A DNA stretch of 64,000 nt from Candidatus Eiseniibacteriota bacterium (lineage in GTDB: Bacteria > Eisenbacteria > RBG-16-71-46): positions 96,001 to 160,000 of the forward strand of contig CAVSAC010000014.1 of the NCBI GenBank assembly GCA_963725865.1, read 5' to 3'. The notes below the pieces were generated by a model. The model searched no databases and was not told where the DNA came from. It saw only the letters and a program-made list of their open reading frames with translations. Below, piece after piece: positions 61,456-64,000 of the stretch (its first letter is position 1; every line of letters begins with the position of its first letter). The translations under genes were made by a program, and so were the position numbers.

Positions 61456-63594
61456 CTAGGCGCCCTTCTCGCCCTCGACCACGACCTTCGACAGATCCCA
61501 GCCGCGCAGGAACAGGTCGCGCACCTCGGTCAGCAGCCGCAGCCGGTTCGCGCGCACGCCGAGGTCGTCGGCGTTGACCAGCACCTGGTCGAAGAAGGAG
61601 TGGATCGGCTGCTCCATCGCGAGCAGCGCGGGCAGGATCGCGGCGTGGTCACCGCGCGCCCACAGCGGCGCGGTCACCGCGCGCGCCGATTCGAGCGCCG
61701 CGTGCAGCGCGCGCTCGGCCGGCTCGCCGAGCCGCGCGGTGTCGAGCGCCACCGGCAGCGTCTCGGTCGCCGCGCGCAGGATGTTGCCCACGCGCTTGAA
61801 CAGCACCGCGAGCGACACGAAGCGCTCGTCGGCACGGAAGCTCTCGAGCGTGCGCGCGCGCTGCAGCGCGTCGGTCGGATCGGTCCAGCCCGGCCGCGGC
61901 TTGCCATCCCCGCGCACCACGCGCGCCTCGAGCGCGGCGGCGGCGCTGTCGTACGGGACCCCGCGCTCGGCGAGCGCGGCCTCGACGCGGCCGCGCCAGT
62001 ACTCGCCCAGCTGCTTCACGATCTCGGCATGCGGCAGGCCGGCATCGGCGGCGAAGAACGTGCGGGTCGCCTCCATGGTCGCGTCGCGCAGGTCGAGGTG
62101 GCGATCCTGCTCGATCAGGATGCGCAGCACGCCGTTGCCCGCGCGCCGCACGCCGTACGGGTCCTCGCTGCCGCTCGGCACCTTGCGCGCCACGAACGCG
62201 CCCGCCACGTGGTCGAGCTTGTCGGCGAGCGCGAGCAGCGAGCCCGCCTCGCTCGCCGGCGGCGCGTCGCCCGCACCGCGCGGCCGGTAGTGCTCGGCGA
62301 TCGCGGTCGCCACCGCATCCGGCTCGCCCGCGCGCCGCGCGTAGTGGCCGCCCATCAGGCCCTCGAGGCTCGCGTACTCCTTGCCGCTGCCGATCATCTC
62401 CCCCAGCAGATCGGTCTTGCACAGCAGCCCCGCGCGCCGCACGTGCGCCGTCGCCGCCGGCGCGAGCCGCTCGGCCAGCCAGCCGCCCAGCGACTCGAGC
62501 CGCGCGGCCTTCTCGCGCAGCGAACCCAGCCCCTCCATCCACACCACGCCCGCAAGCGCGTCCACCCGCTCGGCCGGCGCGTGCTTGAGGTCGGTGTCCC
62601 AGTAGAACTTCGCGTCCTCGAGTCGCGCGACCAGCACGTCCTGGTTGCCCTTGCGCACGATGTCGAGCCCGCGCTCGTCGCCGTTGCGCACCGCGATGAA
62701 CGCCGGCAGCAGCGCGCCGTCGGGGCGCTCGACCGCGAAGAAGCGCTGGTGCTCGCGCAGCGCGGTCACGATCACCTCGCGCGGCAGGTCGAGATACTTC
62801 GGATCGAAGCGCCCGGTGAACGCGGTCGGGCGCTCCACCAGGAAGGTGTCGATCTCGACCAGCTCGGCGTCCTCGACCACGCGCCCGCCCTCGGCGCGCG
62901 CCAGCGTCGCCATCTGCCCGGTCATCGCCGCGCCGCGCCGCGCCGGATCGGCGATCACGTCGACGCGCTCGAGCACCGCCAGGTACGCGCCGGCGTCGGC
63001 GATCTCGACCGGCGCGGGCGCCAGGAAGCGGTGGCCGCGCGAGACGCGTCCCGCCGCGAGCCCGAACGCGCGCACCGCCACCACGTCGGAGCCGAGCAGC
63101 GCCACCAGCCAGCGCACCGGGCGCGCGAAGCGGGTGTCGTCGTCGAGCCAGCGCATGGTCTTCGGGAACTGCAGCCGCGTGGCGAGGCTCGCCAGCAGCG
63201 CGGGCAGCACTTCGATCGCGGGGCGGCCGGCGATGTGCACGGTGACCGCGACGTACTCGCCCTTGGGCGTCGCGACGCGGCGCACCGCGCTGGCGTCCAC
63301 GCCGCGGCCGGCGCAGAAGCCGAGCAGCGCCTTGGTCGGCTGGCCCGCGGCGTCGAACGCGACCTTGGTCGCCGGGCCCATCGCCTCCTCGTCGCGGTCG
63401 GGCTGGCGCTCGGCGAGGCCGCGCACCATCAGCGTGAGGCGGCGCGGCGTGCCCAGCGCGCGCACGTCCTCGAACGCCAGGCGCGCCTCGGCGAGCGCCG
63501 CGCGCGCGCCCGACTCGAGCTGCTCGAGCGCCGGCGGCATGTAGACCGACGGCACCTCCTCGACCCCGATCTCGAACACCAGGTCGCGGCTCAT
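61456..63594 (-). CDS. glyS: Glycine-tRNA ligase beta subunit
   Basis: FEIGVEEVP, TPRRL, PKTMRW, FARPVRWL, HQRFF, ARLEDAKFY, GSEDPYGVRR, FFDQVLVN. Confidence 0.96.
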   Translation of the reverse strand: MSRDLVFEIGVEEVPSVYMPPALEQLESGARAALAEARLAFEDVRALGTPRRLTLMVRGLAERQPDRDEEAMGPATKVAFDAAGQPTKALLGFCAGRGVDASAVRRVATPKGEYVAVTVHIAGRPAIEVLPALLASLATRLQFPKTMRWLDDDTRFARPVRWLVALLGSDVVAVRAFGLAAGRVSRGHRFLAPAPVEIADAGAYLAVLERVDVIADPARRGAAMTGQMATLARAEGGRVVEDAELVEIDTFLVERPTAFTGRFDPKYLDLPREVIVTALREHQRFFAVERPDGALLPAFIAVRNGDERGLDIVRKGNQDVLVARLEDAKFYWDTDLKHAPAERVDALAGVVWMEGLGSLREKAARLESLGGWLAERLAPAATAHVRRAGLLCKTDLLGEMIGSGKEYASLEGLMGGHYARRAGEPDAVATAIAEHYRPRGAGDAPPASEAGSLLALADKLDHVAGAFVARKVPSGSEDPYGVRRAGNGVLRILIEQDRHLDLRDATMEATRTFFAADAGLPHAEIVKQLGEYWRGRVEAALAERGVPYDSAAAALEARVVRGDGKPRPGWTDPTDALQRARTLESFRADERFVSLAVLFKRVGNILRAATETLPVALDTARLGEPAERALHAALESARAVTAPLWARGDHAAILPALLAMEQPIHSFFDQVLVNADDLGVRANRLRLLTEVRDLFLRGWDLSKVVVEGEKGA

Positions 63595-64000
63595 CGGGCG
63601 GCTCCCTTCGCGGCGCGGGCCTCGCGGTCTTCGCGCTGCCCTGGCGGCGCGCCTGGGCCTGCGCCTGCTCGTCGCGGTAGCGCGCCAGCCAGCGCTCGCG
63701 CTCGGCCGGGTCCGGGATCAGCGGATAGCCCAGCTCCGCGCGCAGGTGGTGGAATGCGAGTGCCGCCTGTCGCGCCAGCTTGCGCACGCGGCCGATGTAG
63801 CCCACGCGCTCGCTGACCGAGATCGCGCCGCGCGCGTCGAGCAGGTTGAACAGGTGCGAGCACTTGATGACCGCGTCGTAGCCCGGGTTCACGAGCTTCA
63901 GGTCGAGCAGCCGCACCGCCTCGGACTCCCAGACCTTGAACATCTCGAACAGCGCGTCCACCGGCGCCTGCTCGAAGTTGTAGTGCGACCACTCCCACTC
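63591..64000 (-). CDS. glyQ: Glycine-tRNA ligase alpha subunit, 3' part (runs off the window; probable indel near its end)
   Basis: SHYNFEQA, KCSHLFNLLDARGAISVSERVGYIGRVR; directly upstream of glyS. Confidence 0.93.
   Translation of the reverse strand, partial: VGVVALQLRAGAGGRAVRDVQGLGVRGGAAARPEAREPGLRRGHQVLAPVQPARRARRDLGQRARGLHRPRAQAGATGGTRIPPPARGAGLSADPGPGRARALAGALPRRAGAGPGAPPGQREDREARAAKGAAR

Noticed and set aside
61649..63961. Fused GlyQ with a long C-terminal extension
   Set aside because: The extension is out of frame with glyS; a probable indel near 63640 hides the ATGA stop/start overlap at 63591-63594.

Overview
High-GC bacterial sequence with many single-base indels, typical of unpolished long-read data, that appears to be two unrelated genomes joined at about 21,670-21,676. 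The left part (1-21.67 kb) looks betaproteobacterial: ilvA, a pilG-pilH-pilI-pilJ-chpA type IV pilus chemosensory cluster behind a sigma54-like promoter, an EF-G2-like GTPase, photolyase, phoD, yqgE-yqgF-pyrR-pyrB-pyrC' (inactive DHOase), a Tat-type dienelactone hydrolase, a REP-like palindrome cluster and the last 39 codons of an AhpD-like peroxidase gene. The right part (21.68-64 kb) looks like a non-Bacteroidota FCB-superphylum organism (Ca. Eisenbacteria-like, by inference). It carries a truncated SLBB polysaccharide-export gene, sugar-nucleotide and flippase genes, an ECF sigma/zinc anti-sigma module, a second pyr operon (pyrB-pyrC-carA-carB-[TPR lipoprotein]-pyrK-pyrD-pyrF), pyrR, proteins with T9SS/FlgD-Ig-like C-terminal domains, a TonB-dependent receptor + CTD protein + PorV-like cassette, and glyQS. 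The most notable observations are the TonB/CTD/PorV cassette with a tandem covarying hairpin motif in its ~310-nt leader, a PyrR-binding loop overlapping the pyrB ribosome-binding site, a SprE/PorW-like lipoprotein inside the pyr operon, and the chimeric junction itself. All calls come from reading motifs by eye; no database searches were run.
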